From the NCBI RefSeq assembly GCF_001194135.2, contig NC_068983.1, positions 5,162,586 through 5,212,179 on the forward strand: DNA of 49,594 nucleotides, read 5' to 3'. The notes beneath the pieces were generated by a model. It did no database searches and was not told the origin of the DNA. It saw nothing but the letters and a program-made list of their open reading frames with translations. The DNA is from Octopus bimaculoides (Eukaryota). Position numbers and translations under genes: made by a program. This document shows, piece by piece, positions 49,467 to 49,594 of the stretch (positions are counted from its first letter, which is position 1; every line of letters starts with the position of its first letter).

Positions 49467-49594
49467 CAGACTGGAGCCTGGTGTTGCCATCCGGTTTCAC
49501 CAGTCCTCAGTCAAATCGTCCAACCCATGCTAGCATGGAAAGCGGACGTTAAACGATGATGATGATGATGATGATGATGATATATATATATATA

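Overview
AT-rich, gap-containing eukaryotic scaffold. The repeat families and microsatellite load look like a coleoid cephalopod, most likely Octopus; this rests on pattern recognition, not a database search. Most of the window is microsatellites, tRNA-derived SINEs, 3' ends of RTE-clade LINEs, decayed Tc1/mariner transposases, hAT-like and piggyBac-like MITEs, and local inverted repeats. No intact protein-coding gene could be identified. Nearly all ORFs in the supplied track are microsatellite, N-gap or transposon read-throughs, and a few phase-compatible minus-strand exon candidates are listed at low confidence. The strongest unexplained signal is a set of type I hammerhead ribozyme (HHR) motifs. 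Two occur as sense/antisense palindromic pairs (8033-8152 and 16915-17021). The first pair has a non-canonical G3-C8 swapped catalytic core (GUGAACA instead of CUGANGA) while all three stems are retained. These are probably ends of Penelope-like retroelements. There are also two LINE insertions with 5' inversions and one deeply diverged ~520 bp hairpin that may be an ADAR substrate.
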